A stretch of 64,000 nucleotides of DNA, taken from Myxococcota bacterium (lineage in GTDB: Bacteria > Myxococcota_C > UBA6777). Location of the stretch: NCBI GenBank assembly GCA_023150835.1, contig JAKLKB010000002.1, forward strand, positions 62,001 through 126,000, written 5' to 3'. Below the pieces are notes generated by a model. That model ran no database searches, had not been told where the DNA came from, and saw only the letters and a program-made list of their open reading frames with translations. A program made the translations under genes and the position numbers. Positions 1-9,581 of the stretch are shown here, piece by piece (within the stretch, counting starts at the first letter, position 1; each line of letters opens with the position of its first letter).

Positions 1-1305
1 CCTTCTCCTTGGCTGGTTCGGCTTTTTTCGTTGGGACTGGTGTTTTCGCTCTTGCCGATCTTGTTTGCCCATGCGCTGTGGCCGTTGGTGGTGGGGATGT
101 GGGCGTTGCTGTTGGGTGGAGCGCTCTTGGATGGGGTTGCACTCGCCAACCGCCGCGCAAGGCTTGACGTCCAGCAGCCCGCCCAAGCTTATGTGAGCGA
201 GCCGATCGCGTTTCGCTTTACGCTGCACTGGCCGAAGAAACGGCGTTTGCGTGCGCGGTGGTGGGCAGAAACGCAAGCTCCGTTGGAGCAAGGTGAGGCT
301 GTGACGCGGTGGATCGAATCCGAAGAAACACAGTTTTCGATCGATCTGATCGCACCGCGCCGAGGCGAGGGGCAACTGTTGGCGCTGTGGGCAGAGATCC
401 GAGGTCCATTGGGTCTATTTGAGCGGGTGCAGCGCTTTTCGCTCGATCTGTCCCCGTTGCCGATCTTGCCGAGTCTACCTCACGTTCGGCGACTGGCCTT
501 GCAACACTTTGGGCTGTGGCAATACCGCGAAGGCATTCGGATCGAACGGCTGCCGGGGGATGGAAGTGAGTTTGATGCACTTGAGAAATATTCTCCCGGC
601 CATGATCTCCGAAGCATCGACTGGAAAGCATCGGCGCGTCACCAAAGCCTGTTGGTACGGCGCTTTCGGGTCGAACGCAATCAACGTGTGGTATTTTGCC
701 TTGATACGGGGCATCTGATGGCCGACGATCTCCAAGGCATGCAACGGCTCGATCACGCCATCCACACGAGCCTTTTGTTGGGGCATTTTGCCCTGCGAGC
801 GGGGGATCTTGTGGGCTTGCATTCTTATGCCGAAGCGCCAAAGTCTTGGTTGCCGCCCAAAAATGGGATCAAAAACTTTCACCGTATGCACCTTGCTTGC
901 GCGGCGCTGCGCTCGACAGCGATCGAAACCAACCATGTGCGGGGGCTTCATCACTTGCTTGCCCAACTCAACCGCCGCACGTTGATCGTGTTGTTCACGG
1001 AATTTACAGGCACCACGACCGCCGAACTGATGCTCGAAACCGTCGGTCATCTGGTGCAAAAGCATCTTGTGATCTTTGTCGCGCTCGAAGATCCCGCGTT
1101 GGATCGGCCCTTAGAGAAAAAGCCCGAAGATGCCGAAGATATGGCTCGCGCCCTTGTATCCGTCGATATGCGCCAAGAACGTCAAGCGGTGTTGTTGCGC
1201 CTCCAACGCATGGGCGTTCACGTCGTCCAAGGTTCGGTCGATATCTCAGCGGCCAAACTGGTTCAACGCTATCTTGAGATCAAACGCCGCCAGCTTCTCG
1301 GATAA
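1..1305 (+). CDS. DUF58 family (MoxR-associated, VWA-like) protein, probably 5'-truncated by the window edge
   Basis: Motif GSEFDALEKYSPGHDLRSIDWKASARH, followed by VVFCLDTGHLM, is typical of DUF58. The frame is open from base 1 (PSPWLVRLFS...). Confidence 0.85.
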   Translation, partial: PSPWLVRLFSLGLVFSLLPILFAHALWPLVVGMWALLLGGALLDGVALANRRARLDVQQPAQAYVSEPIAFRFTLHWPKKRRLRARWWAETQAPLEQGEAVTRWIESEETQFSIDLIAPRRGEGQLLALWAEIRGPLGLFERVQRFSLDLSPLPILPSLPHVRRLALQHFGLWQYREGIRIERLPGDGSEFDALEKYSPGHDLRSIDWKASARHQSLLVRRFRVERNQRVVFCLDTGHLMADDLQGMQRLDHAIHTSLLLGHFALRAGDLVGLHSYAEAPKSWLPPKNGIKNFHRMHLACAALRSTAIETNHVRGLHHLLAQLNRRTLIVLFTEFTGTTTAELMLETVGHLVQKHLVIFVALEDPALDRPLEKKPEDAEDMARALVSVDMRQERQAVLLRLQRMGVHVVQGSVDISAAKLVQRYLEIKRRQLLG

Positions 1306-1354
1306 GACAAGCCGATCGTGCGGCGAAAAGCAGACAAGACGGGCTTGTGGGTGT

Positions 1355-1485
1355 TGTCTTGTGGGGTTTCACCCCACACCCCACAAGGGGCCGAAGTCCC
1401 CTTGACCCCGTATTGGCGGAGAGAGCAGACATTTTTTAAACCAACAGCACCGCCGCTTGACAGGACGCGAACACGGTTTTTTCTC
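1355..1485 (+). repeat. Dispersed ~125-bp REP-like repeat, family 2, copy 1
   Basis: gtggggtttcaccccacaccccacaaggggccgaagtccccttgaccccgtattggcg...cagac...caccgccg...cgaacacg closely parallels 62920-63048 and contains two hairpins. Confidence 0.75.
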
Positions 1486-1491
1486 GACTAT

Positions 1492-2607
1492 ATGGAAGAA
1501 AAAAAGATGGATACCAACCAATCCCCTACATCCTCCGCCCCTTCGACGCCGCGTTCCGTTCAATTTCGCAAAGAACGCGAAGCCTCTTGGCGAGAGCTTG
1601 AAGATATCGTTGAGCGTGTCCAAAACAAAAGCCTTTCGAGCCTTGATGATCGAGACCTTCAACGCTTGCCTTTGCTGTACCGCGAAGCCATGAACAGTCT
1701 TTCTGTGGCCCGCGCCACAGCCTTGGATCGCTTGCTGATCCGTTATCTCGAAGCGTTGTGTTCGCAAAGCTACCTTGCGATCTACGGTGCGCGCCGCCCA
1801 AGCCGTCGGATGCTGTGGGCTTTGTTTGTCGCAGTCCCGTTGGAGATCCGCAAAGCCTCACGCGAGCTGTTGTTGGCGATCTTGTTCTTTGCTGCGGGGA
1901 TCGCGGTGGCATGGTCACTTGTGGATCGCGATCCGCAATGGTTTCATGTGTTCGTCTCTCCGCAAATGGCCGCTGGTCGGACGCCTTGGGCCACGACCGA
2001 ATCCCTTCAAAATACGTTGTATGACAGCGGCCAAAAAAAGGGCGATGCCTTGAGCGTCTTTGCTTCTTTTCTGTTCACAAACAACGCACGTGTCGGCTTG
2101 TTGGCCTTTTCGTTGGGCTTCTTGTTGGGGATCCCTGCTGCGATCTTGCTTTTCTACAACGGCTTGGTCTTGGGCGGCTTTTTGTCGTTGTTTGCATCAA
2201 GAGGGCTATTGATACCGTTCCTTGGGTGGTTGTTGCCGCATGGAGTCCCCGAGATCTTTGCGGTGCTACTGTGCGGTGGGGCGGGCTTTTTGATGGGGCG
2301 GGCTTTGTTGTTGCCCGGCTCCTTGTTGCGTACAGAAGCCCTACGCAACGCAGGTCTTCGTGCCTCGCTGATCGTCACGGGGGCGATCTTTTTGTTTGCT
2401 TACGCTGCGCTGTTTGAAGGCTTTTTCCGCCAGCTAATCGTGGATGACGTGCTGCGTTTTCTTGTGGCACTCTTGCAATGCTTGTTGCTGTTGTGGTGGT
2501 TTTATCTGGGCCAAAAACAAGAACAAAAAGATCTTGCGGCAGAGAATTTTGAGCAAGAGACACCCGCATGGCCTCTGCAAGCCGATCCTCAAAGGGGTGG
2601 GAGATGA
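1492..2607 (+). CDS. Stage II sporulation protein M / DUF95 family membrane protein
   Basis: SWRELE...LYRE...LSVAR N-terminus, LFTNNARVG and LLPHGVPEIFA motifs, multiple TM helices. Start moved to ATG 1492 because the upstream frame runs through a repeat. Confidence 0.85.
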   Translation: MEEKKMDTNQSPTSSAPSTPRSVQFRKEREASWRELEDIVERVQNKSLSSLDDRDLQRLPLLYREAMNSLSVARATALDRLLIRYLEALCSQSYLAIYGARRPSRRMLWALFVAVPLEIRKASRELLLAILFFAAGIAVAWSLVDRDPQWFHVFVSPQMAAGRTPWATTESLQNTLYDSGQKKGDALSVFASFLFTNNARVGLLAFSLGFLLGIPAAILLFYNGLVLGGFLSLFASRGLLIPFLGWLLPHGVPEIFAVLLCGGAGFLMGRALLLPGSLLRTEALRNAGLRASLIVTGAIFLFAYAALFEGFFRQLIVDDVLRFLVALLQCLLLLWWFYLGQKQEQKDLAAENFEQETPAWPLQADPQRGGR

Positions 2608-2641
2608 AAAGAAGATCATCGCATTATCAAAGGGGTGGGAG

Positions 2642-3553
2642 ATGAGAAGAAAACGACCGTACCAAAGCGAAGAAAGCAAACAAAGAACTGTCTCGATCCT
2701 CCCGCCCGAAGGGGTGCCGTTGCGGTTTGTCATAGCCCCCGTGTCTTCGCGTTTTTCAGCGCTTGCGTTCGATCTGCTGTTGATCACCATCAGCATGTAT
2801 CTGATGGTGTTTGTGCTGATCGCGATCTTTGTTGCAGGGGGGTTGTTCAAGAGCGGAGGAGGTTATGCGCTGTCTTTTTGGCTGATCGGTATCTTCCTGA
2901 TTAGACAGTGCTACTTTTTCTTTTTCGAGATGATCTGGCAAGGCAGTACGCCCGGGAAAAAGCTACTCGGCTTGCGCGTGATCGCTCGGGATGGCCGCCC
3001 GCTCGGCTTGCAGGGCCTGATCGCACGCAATCTGATGCGCGATATCGAAGTGTTTATTCCGCTAGGGCTGTTTAGCCAAGCCTTTCAGATGGGAAACGAA
3101 AGCGCGTGGCTGTCGTGGATGGCGATGGGATGGTGCTTGATCGCGCTCACCTTTCCATTCTTTCACCCACAATCCATGCGGATCGGCGATATCGTCGGTG
3201 GCACCTTTGTGATCGTGATCCCCAAAGCAGAACTCGAAGTCGACAAAGCCCGCCAAACCACCCTTGCGCGCAAAGTCCAGATCAGCTTTACACCCGAACA
3301 GCTCGCCGTCTATGGCGAGTACGAACTGGAGACCCTCGCGCAGCTCTTACGCAAAGTCGACGAAGACAAAGCAGATGCCGACGACCTGCGCATCATCGCA
3401 CGCACCATCGCCGACAAGATCCGCTACGAAGGACACGAACCCCTCTCGACACCTCTTGTTTTCCTACAGATCTTCTACGCAGCACAACGCAAAGCCCTCG
3501 AACAAAAGCTGATCTGGGGCCAACGCAAAGCCAACAAACACCAGCGCTCGTAA
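2642..3553 (+). CDS. RDD family membrane protein
   Basis: PPEGVPL...SRFSALAFDLL, GSTPGKKLLGLRV and RIGDIVGGTFV are RDD signatures; the gene follows the SpoIIM-like gene as is usual. Confidence 0.85.
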   Translation: MRRKRPYQSEESKQRTVSILPPEGVPLRFVIAPVSSRFSALAFDLLLITISMYLMVFVLIAIFVAGGLFKSGGGYALSFWLIGIFLIRQCYFFFFEMIWQGSTPGKKLLGLRVIARDGRPLGLQGLIARNLMRDIEVFIPLGLFSQAFQMGNESAWLSWMAMGWCLIALTFPFFHPQSMRIGDIVGGTFVIVIPKAELEVDKARQTTLARKVQISFTPEQLAVYGEYELETLAQLLRKVDEDKADADDLRIIARTIADKIRYEGHEPLSTPLVFLQIFYAAQRKALEQKLIWGQRKANKHQRS

Positions 3554-3590
3554 TCCTCAAAACAAACGCAACATCCGAATGGAACGGCGA

Positions 3591-5978
3591 TCAAGGGAGT
3601 CCCCAGCGACGACGCAGCCCCCATTCAAGCGCAAACAACGCAAACAACAAGATCAAGACCCACGAGCGATCCCAGAGGGAGAGGGTTTTGCTGCGATCGA
3701 CACGAACGATGGTGGCGGGGCGCAAAGGCAAAGAGGCGATCTGCTCGGAAAAACGGATCACCTTTCCAGCGGTTTCGTGCTGTAGTGCGGCAAAAAAGGC
3801 ATCGTTGGGGCGGATATCTTGGAACTCGTCGAGCAAGCCAAGGACTTGGAAAAGGTCTTCGCCTGTGGCGGTTTGGCCTTTTTCGATCTCAGCTTCGGCT
3901 TGAAGGCGAAAGATGCCGCTGTTTGGGGCTTTCCAACCAAAGAAAAGAGTTCCTTCGCTGGGGATATCGCGGACCGTTTGGTGGAGAGGGATCGTCTCTC
4001 CGCCACGCAAGACCTTGATACGGACTTTGCCTTTGCGCAGGGGCCGATATTCACGATCCAAGACGCGGATGCGAAAACGCGCTTCTTCGCCCAAACGGTA
4101 GGCCGCACGCAAGGAAGAAACACGCACACGCTCAAGCTCAGGATCGCGGATCAACCAACGGATGGCGTTGTTCCAAAAGCGATAATAGACCTCTTTTGTG
4201 CTGCCTTCGCCGACACGCTGAAAGTTCCATTTCCAAGAACCATCGACCGTCAAGCCCATCACGCGGCCTTTTTCGACTTGTCGAAGTGAAAGGATCGGAA
4301 CAGACCGCCCAGAGGGCGTTTTGTTTTCGGGGTGTTCGAGCAGGGTGACGCTGTCGGGATGAGGATCACCCACTTTGTTACTGCCCGGCTGTTTGGGGAG
4401 TTTGGCCCACAAGGCATTGTTTTCTTCAAGGCTCCCAAGCAAGCGTGTGATCGGATGATGCCGCCCTGAGTCGGTCAATACAGGCCGAAAGCGTTGCTCG
4501 TCGATTTGTCCAAGGCCCAACCCAAAAGGCAAGATGCCTTCGATAGGCGTGTCCATGTATCCACCCGAAGCAAAGGACAGATCCCCTCCCACCATCACAA
4601 AAGCCCCGCCGTTGCGAACAAATTTTGCGATGTTGTGGAGATAATACGATCGCATATACGGCGCATAATTAAAGTCTTGGAAGACCACAAGATCGAAGGT
4701 CGGCAGCGACTTTGTAAATAGCTCATGATAGGGAAATTGGATAAGAGCCATCTCGCGGTTTGGAGGATTGTGGTATTGAATATTCTGTTGTGTGCGTAAG
4801 ATAAAAAAGGAGATCAAGTCGACGCTGGCGTTCTTTTTGAGAAGCCTGCGCAAGAAGCGAACATCCCAAGAGGGACGCCCCGTCACATGAAGGACACGGA
4901 TACGATCGCGGATGATCTTGAGGAGAAAGTCTTTTCGGTTGTTTTCGTGGAGGACTTCGCCCGGGAGAACAGGCGTGCGGACGGAGTAGATGAATTTGCC
5001 GGCACGACGGGGCTTAAAGGAGAAACGGACGGTGTAGTCTTGTTTGTCGGGCTGGAGAGTGAGCAACGTCGACTGTAGAAGCTGCCCCTCGCGATAGAGA
5101 CTGATCGGAAGAGTGCCTGTGAGAAAGCCTTGGACACGGATCAAAGCCTCGATGGTGGCGGTGTTATGGAGAAAAGCAAAAGCATCGCCAAAGACTTCGG
5201 AGACAGAGATATCCCGAAGCGCCTGAGGATCGGGTGAAGAGGGAGCGATCACATGGACGGGGATTTGGAGCCGCTTGAGTCCGACAAGAAGATTTCGCAA
5301 GCGTCGATCGGTAAGGAGTGCATCTTTTTTCTGCCCGCCTTTTTGGGTGATCCCGCTGACGGTGCGCTCGGCCCTTGCAAGCGTGTCGACCCCATCCGTG
5401 ATCAGCACCACACCCGCAAGCGGTTTGTCTTGGAAGTGATCCTGCAAGTAGCCCAAGATCTGCAACAGATCCGTTTGATCGCCATCTGCTTGAAGGTTGG
5501 CAATGCCCGTTGTGATGGGCGATATCTTGCGATCGAAAGAAAACCAATGCACTTTTTGCTCTTTTTCCAAGCGCTCCCACAACGCCGCATGCCGCTTCCA
5601 AAAATCCTTGGCGGCCTCAAGGCGGGTGCGTTCTTTTTGGAGGCTTTGGATGCGCATACTGGCCGATGTATCGAAAAAGATCGGTAAGTGGTTTTGGATC
5701 TTTTGGACGTTTCGCAACTCGACTGCTGGCCCAAGCATCAAGAACCACAGCGCCGCTGCCCCCACCAAACGCAGCACCAGCAAGCCCACCCGCTGCGGGA
5801 TCGACGTCAGCCGTTGGCTCGATTGCCATCCCCACCACAACGCGATCAACAAGAAAAACGCCAAAACCCACAACGTCTCCGCCGACCAAGAACCCGACCA
5901 GACCCAGCGCCAGTCGTTGTACTCGCTCGTTTCAGAGGTCAGAAACGGGATAAAGTTGGATGCAAACAGTGGACTCAA
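3591..5978 (-). CDS. Membrane-anchored VWA-like / glutamine-amidotransferase-like (DUF1355-type) protein
   Basis: N-terminal TMs, FDTSASM and LITDG VWA-like motifs, GRPSWDVRFLRRLLK and FVRNGGAFVMVGG, C-terminal TM ending LEWGLRRRWGL. Confidence 0.75.
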   Translation of the reverse strand: MSPLFASNFIPFLTSETSEYNDWRWVWSGSWSAETLWVLAFFLLIALWWGWQSSQRLTSIPQRVGLLVLRLVGAAALWFLMLGPAVELRNVQKIQNHLPIFFDTSASMRIQSLQKERTRLEAAKDFWKRHAALWERLEKEQKVHWFSFDRKISPITTGIANLQADGDQTDLLQILGYLQDHFQDKPLAGVVLITDGVDTLARAERTVSGITQKGGQKKDALLTDRRLRNLLVGLKRLQIPVHVIAPSSPDPQALRDISVSEVFGDAFAFLHNTATIEALIRVQGFLTGTLPISLYREGQLLQSTLLTLQPDKQDYTVRFSFKPRRAGKFIYSVRTPVLPGEVLHENNRKDFLLKIIRDRIRVLHVTGRPSWDVRFLRRLLKKNASVDLISFFILRTQQNIQYHNPPNREMALIQFPYHELFTKSLPTFDLVVFQDFNYAPYMRSYYLHNIAKFVRNGGAFVMVGGDLSFASGGYMDTPIEGILPFGLGLGQIDEQRFRPVLTDSGRHHPITRLLGSLEENNALWAKLPKQPGSNKVGDPHPDSVTLLEHPENKTPSGRSVPILSLRQVEKGRVMGLTVDGSWKWNFQRVGEGSTKEVYYRFWNNAIRWLIRDPELERVRVSSLRAAYRLGEEARFRIRVLDREYRPLRKGKVRIKVLRGGETIPLHQTVRDIPSEGTLFFGWKAPNSGIFRLQAEAEIEKGQTATGEDLFQVLGLLDEFQDIRPNDAFFAALQHETAGKVIRFSEQIASLPLRPATIVRVDRSKTLSLWDRSWVLILLFALFALEWGLRRRWGLP

Positions 5979-6032
5979 GGCGGATTCGCTCCTCGTACAA
6001 AAAGGGGGTCAAAGACAAGGGCCGATTATGGA

Positions 6033-6061
6033 GACAAAGCCCCCCCTTTTCAAGGGAGGGC
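6033..6061 (-). terminator. Possible intrinsic terminator downstream of the 6136-7905 gene
   Basis: Minus strand reads gccctcccttgaaaagggggggc then tttgt: a GC-rich stem with a short U tract. Confidence 0.4.
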
Positions 6062-6135
6062 GCATCACCGCAAGCAGCGTAGTTTGTCGGGAATAGGGCA
6101 AGACGGACGGGGCATTTGGGAGGGAGGAGAGAAGA

Positions 6136-7905
6136 TTAGGGGCCTGTCGAAGCGCAAGCGCCGACAGGAAGGGGAACGTTGCCGTTGGTGAGTCGCAAAG
6201 GAGTGCAGACTTCACGAGCGCTACAGCCACCGGCGTTGAGGGGGAGACCTTGTTGGCACCACTGATCGCAGTTGCACATCTTGCGGCAGTTTGGAGAGCC
6301 GACAGGGCGGCCTTGTTGATCGACCGTCACGACACACAAAGCGCCGCGTTCACAGGTATTGTTGCCTGTGCAGATATCGTTGTTGCAACCCGTCTCTCCG
6401 AGCTTTTTGTTGCCTTCAGGAACGCAGAAGTTGGCGTCATCGTCGGCGGGGAAACAGGCCGAACCAGCGGGGCAGCAGTTGTTGTAGGGAGGTTGCGCTC
6501 CAGCGGGGCAGGTCTGTTGGTTAAGCGGATCGCAGTTGTGGCCGAGCGCACAAGCGCCAAGGGTGGGATCGATCTTGGTGATATCGGAGCGCACGCAATA
6601 TTCGGCGGGTCGGTTGCCTTGTTTGGGTTGGCACTTGTCAGGGCGGAGGTTGGGGTTTCCGAGGTTGCAAGCACTACGGCAACGGAAAGGGGGTTGATCG
6701 GTGCAAGGCTCTGGCAAACAACCCATCAATCGGCCATCGCCGCCTTTTCCGCAAGGGGTGGTGCAAGGGTCGCAGAGTGCGCCTTCTTGGGCTTGGATGG
6801 GGAAGCATTGGCCAGTAAACTTGCCGTCTTTGTTGTTGGGCGAGGCAGCGGTGCAACAACGCTCGTTGGCGGCGCAGTCTTTGTCGGTCGAACAGCCGAG
6901 GCGGATCTTGATGGAGGTTTCGGAGACGTTGTCGAGTTCGTCGCGTGCGATGACCTTGAATTCGACCTCGCCCGAGCCGAAGCCTTGACCGACGTCGGTG
7001 GCGGAAAAGTATTGCCCGGGTGCGTTGGCATCGGGCTGAACTTGTCCGGCTTTGATGTTGTTGATAAAAAAGTCCACTTGTTTGACGCCTGCTTGATCCA
7101 AGACCAACGCCCGAAACTCTTGTTGTCCACGCAAGCTATCGCCGTTGTTGGGTTTAACGATCTGGATCTGGGGGCCTTTTTTATCGACCAAGACTTCGAG
7201 ACGAGCTTTGGGGACGGTCACGTTGCTTTTGGCGTCTTTTCCGATGGCATAAAAGACAAGTGTCGCACCGTCTGGAAACTTCGTATCATCCGAAAGATCC
7301 GCATCATGCTCACAGAGATCGGCTTTGTTGGGGGTGCTGGTTCCTGCGCAGACTTTAAGCGGCAAGTACTCGTCGCGCTGTGTGCCGTATTCCATCGTGA
7401 TCTCGGCGACACCGTCTTTGTCTTGGCCTTCGGAGATCACCTTGGTTTGTTTGCCCACAAAGATCGCTGGATGCTCGTTTTTCAGTTTGGAAGGCGAAGT
7501 AAAGCGCATAAACGGAGCCGAAGCGTCTTGGCGTACGCGCATCTTTTCGCTTTGTTTGTCTTGGGCCTTGTCGATCGCCTCGACCTTGATCTCGAATTCT
7601 TTGGGCTGGCTATCCAGCGCAAAACGTACCTCAAAGGTTCCATCCCGCTGTCCACCGCCCTCTTTGGCGTCGATCTTCTTTTCGTCAATGTAAAAGACCA
7701 CAGACTCGGTCCCATCGTTGTCTTGCACCCGCACTCGGATCACACCGTCCGTAATCAACGCCCCCGCTGGTGACAAAAAACTGATCCGCGCTTTGTCGTT
7801 GGATTGCCCGGGATCTCCGCCACAATTACAACCTTGCGTGGACAACGCCCCCGCACACAGGGCCCACAGCCCCATCCATCCCATCTTCCGCCATACATGC
7901 CACAT
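6136..7905 (-). CDS. Putative lipoprotein with tandem Ig-like domains and a Cys-rich C-terminal half
   Basis: Signal-like N-terminus ending STQG-C, repeated Ig-like motifs (VQDNDGTESVVFYID, VLDQAGVKQVDFFIN), then many regularly spaced Cys. Confidence 0.7.
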   Translation of the reverse strand: MWHVWRKMGWMGLWALCAGALSTQGCNCGGDPGQSNDKARISFLSPAGALITDGVIRVRVQDNDGTESVVFYIDEKKIDAKEGGGQRDGTFEVRFALDSQPKEFEIKVEAIDKAQDKQSEKMRVRQDASAPFMRFTSPSKLKNEHPAIFVGKQTKVISEGQDKDGVAEITMEYGTQRDEYLPLKVCAGTSTPNKADLCEHDADLSDDTKFPDGATLVFYAIGKDAKSNVTVPKARLEVLVDKKGPQIQIVKPNNGDSLRGQQEFRALVLDQAGVKQVDFFINNIKAGQVQPDANAPGQYFSATDVGQGFGSGEVEFKVIARDELDNVSETSIKIRLGCSTDKDCAANERCCTAASPNNKDGKFTGQCFPIQAQEGALCDPCTTPCGKGGDGRLMGCLPEPCTDQPPFRCRSACNLGNPNLRPDKCQPKQGNRPAEYCVRSDITKIDPTLGACALGHNCDPLNQQTCPAGAQPPYNNCCPAGSACFPADDDANFCVPEGNKKLGETGCNNDICTGNNTCERGALCVVTVDQQGRPVGSPNCRKMCNCDQWCQQGLPLNAGGCSAREVCTPLRLTNGNVPLPVGACASTGP

Positions 7906-8268
7906 ACACTTCCTCCTCTATCCATCGACCACAACGAGCATCCCAAAAAAATCTGCCCGTCGCTTCCAGTTCAAACCTTCTTTTTACCGAGATCGCCCTC
8001 TCTTTTCAACGATGACGCGCCTTTTTCGCCGATCTCTTCCCACAAAGCAAGCACAATCCACTCCACCGTCACTTTTTTGCTGCCTCCTCGCAACACAACA
8101 ATTCTGCTCGTCCTTTCGAGGACTTACGATTTAACACAAATGTTCTAAAAAGCAAACAAAATTGCAAAGAAGGCCGAAATCGAAAGACGTTCTTTTTCTG
8201 AACGTGTTTCCAAGGCAAGGGAAAAGAAAGATTTTTGTGGAGGGAGAGAAGGTGCGAAGGGAAGGCGC

Positions 8269-8516
8269 GAAGGATGGGGGTTTCGCGTCGTCGTCGCAAG
8301 ATGGGGATTTTCGCGTCGTCGGAAGATGGGGGTTTTCGCGTCGTCGAAGGATGGGGATTTTCGCGTCGTCGAAGGATGGGGATTTTCGCGTCGTCGTCGG
8401 AAGATGGGGGTTTTCGCGTCGTCGAAGGATGGGGATTTTCGCGTCGTCGTCGGAAGATGGGGGTTTTCGCGTCGTCGTCGGAAGATGGGGGTTTTAGCGT
8501 CGTCGTCGAAGGATGG
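8269..8516. repeat. Tandem repeat, 25-28-bp unit, about 9-10 copies
   Basis: Unit gaagatgggg(a/g)ttttcgcgtcgtc(gtc) repeated head to tail with no spacers; the last copy overlaps the stop codon of the DUF4159 gene. Confidence 0.95.
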
Positions 8517-9267
8517 CGGGGGCGTGGACGAGATCTTGTTTGTAGTTGACGCAGAGAGCGTACATCAAGAGGTTGATGCCGATGCGGAAGGCATTTTCGC
8601 GTTGAGCTTGATCGCCCGGGATCACGGCAAAGGCCCAGTTGCCGAAGCTATCGCGCTCCCATGCACCGGTATAATCGTTCATAGAGTAGAGGATAGGGGT
8701 GCGATCGTCGAGAGTGATGCCTTCGATATAGGATTCGCGGAGGATGCGTCCGCCAAAACGGCGGATCAGGTAGAAGGATCGATAGATGGTGTGTTCAAGA
8801 GAGAGTTTTTGTAGGGTGGATTGGGGGAAGATCCGCTTGGCGAGTCGGCGAGCGGATTTGTCAAATTCGCCGTCCTTATCGTCTTCGCTGCGGTCGATCC
8901 AGAGTAGGCCGCCGTTCGAGAGATAAGCGCGAAGGCGGAGGATATCTTGTGCGGGGAGAGCCGAAAAGCCTTTGTTTCCCGTCAACACCAGCATGGGATA
9001 GCGAAACAGTCGGGCGTCTTGGGGGGAGAGTTCGGGGATGTCGATGCCGATCTTGATCGAGGTGCGTTCGGTGAGGCGCAACAACAAAGTAGAGAGCGCA
9101 CGAGGTCGATTGTTCGGGAGGTCGGGGAGTTTGAGTCGGGCAAGGTGAACGGCGGTGTGTTTGCCCATGGCATGGGATTTTGCGTAAAAAAGACAGCACC
9201 CGATCCACACAAAGAACCAAGCTGCCGAGACGCAAAGAGCACGGAACTTACGGTCAAAACGAAACAT
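8494..9267 (-). CDS. DUF4159 family protein
   Basis: LFRYPMLVLTG, LRAYLSNGGLLWID, EHTIYRSFYL and AFRIGINLLMYALCVNYKQDLVH motifs; GGAGG RBS before ATG 9267. Confidence 0.85.
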   Translation of the reverse strand: MFRFDRKFRALCVSAAWFFVWIGCCLFYAKSHAMGKHTAVHLARLKLPDLPNNRPRALSTLLLRLTERTSIKIGIDIPELSPQDARLFRYPMLVLTGNKGFSALPAQDILRLRAYLSNGGLLWIDRSEDDKDGEFDKSARRLAKRIFPQSTLQKLSLEHTIYRSFYLIRRFGGRILRESYIEGITLDDRTPILYSMNDYTGAWERDSFGNWAFAVIPGDQAQRENAFRIGINLLMYALCVNYKQDLVHAPAILRRRR

Positions 9268-9306
9268 ACCGACACCTCCCAAGAATAGGACGATTGCAAC
9301 GTATGA

Positions 9307-9418
9307 TACGATATCCGAGTGATGTACACAGCAAAGGAGAATGCGTAGACGCCCGATTATTGGGCAGCCACAGGGGGCTGCCCCTACGTTTTACGATCAC
9401 ACTACGGGCAGATTTCCT
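9307..9418 (-). mobile_element. ~110-bp MITE/REP-like element, family 1, copy A
   Basis: End TACGATATCCG and internal gggcagccacagggggctgcccctac hairpin shared with four other copies. Confidence 0.8.
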
Positions 9419-9553
9419 CTGGTATGTTTCCACCGCAGGCGCGGACGCATCGGCAGCCCAAACGATGCGAAATCCCTGAGCACGGAACCCCAGCCCCAAT
9501 CCGCCTGCTCCACAAAAGAGGTCGACGACCGTGCCGACAAACTGCTTTTCCAA
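9412..9553 (-). pseudogene. Truncated DNA (cytosine-5)-methyltransferase, N-terminal ~45 codons only
   Basis: GAGGAG RBS, then TTG and KQFVGTVVDLFCGAGGLGLGFRAQGFRIVWAADASAPAVETYQR (C5-MTase motif I region). Similarity ends where element copy A begins; no PC catalytic motif follows. Confidence 0.8.
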
Positions 9554-9581
9554 CGCCAACAGCTCCTCTAAAGCGCCATCA

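Noticed and set aside
6250-7773. 507-aa plus-strand ORF
   Set aside because: Antisense to the lipoprotein gene, with no recognisable motifs.
8162-8549. Repetitive ORFs across the 8.3-8.5 kb array
   Set aside because: They are open only because the repeat lacks stop codons; there is no RBS or domain support.
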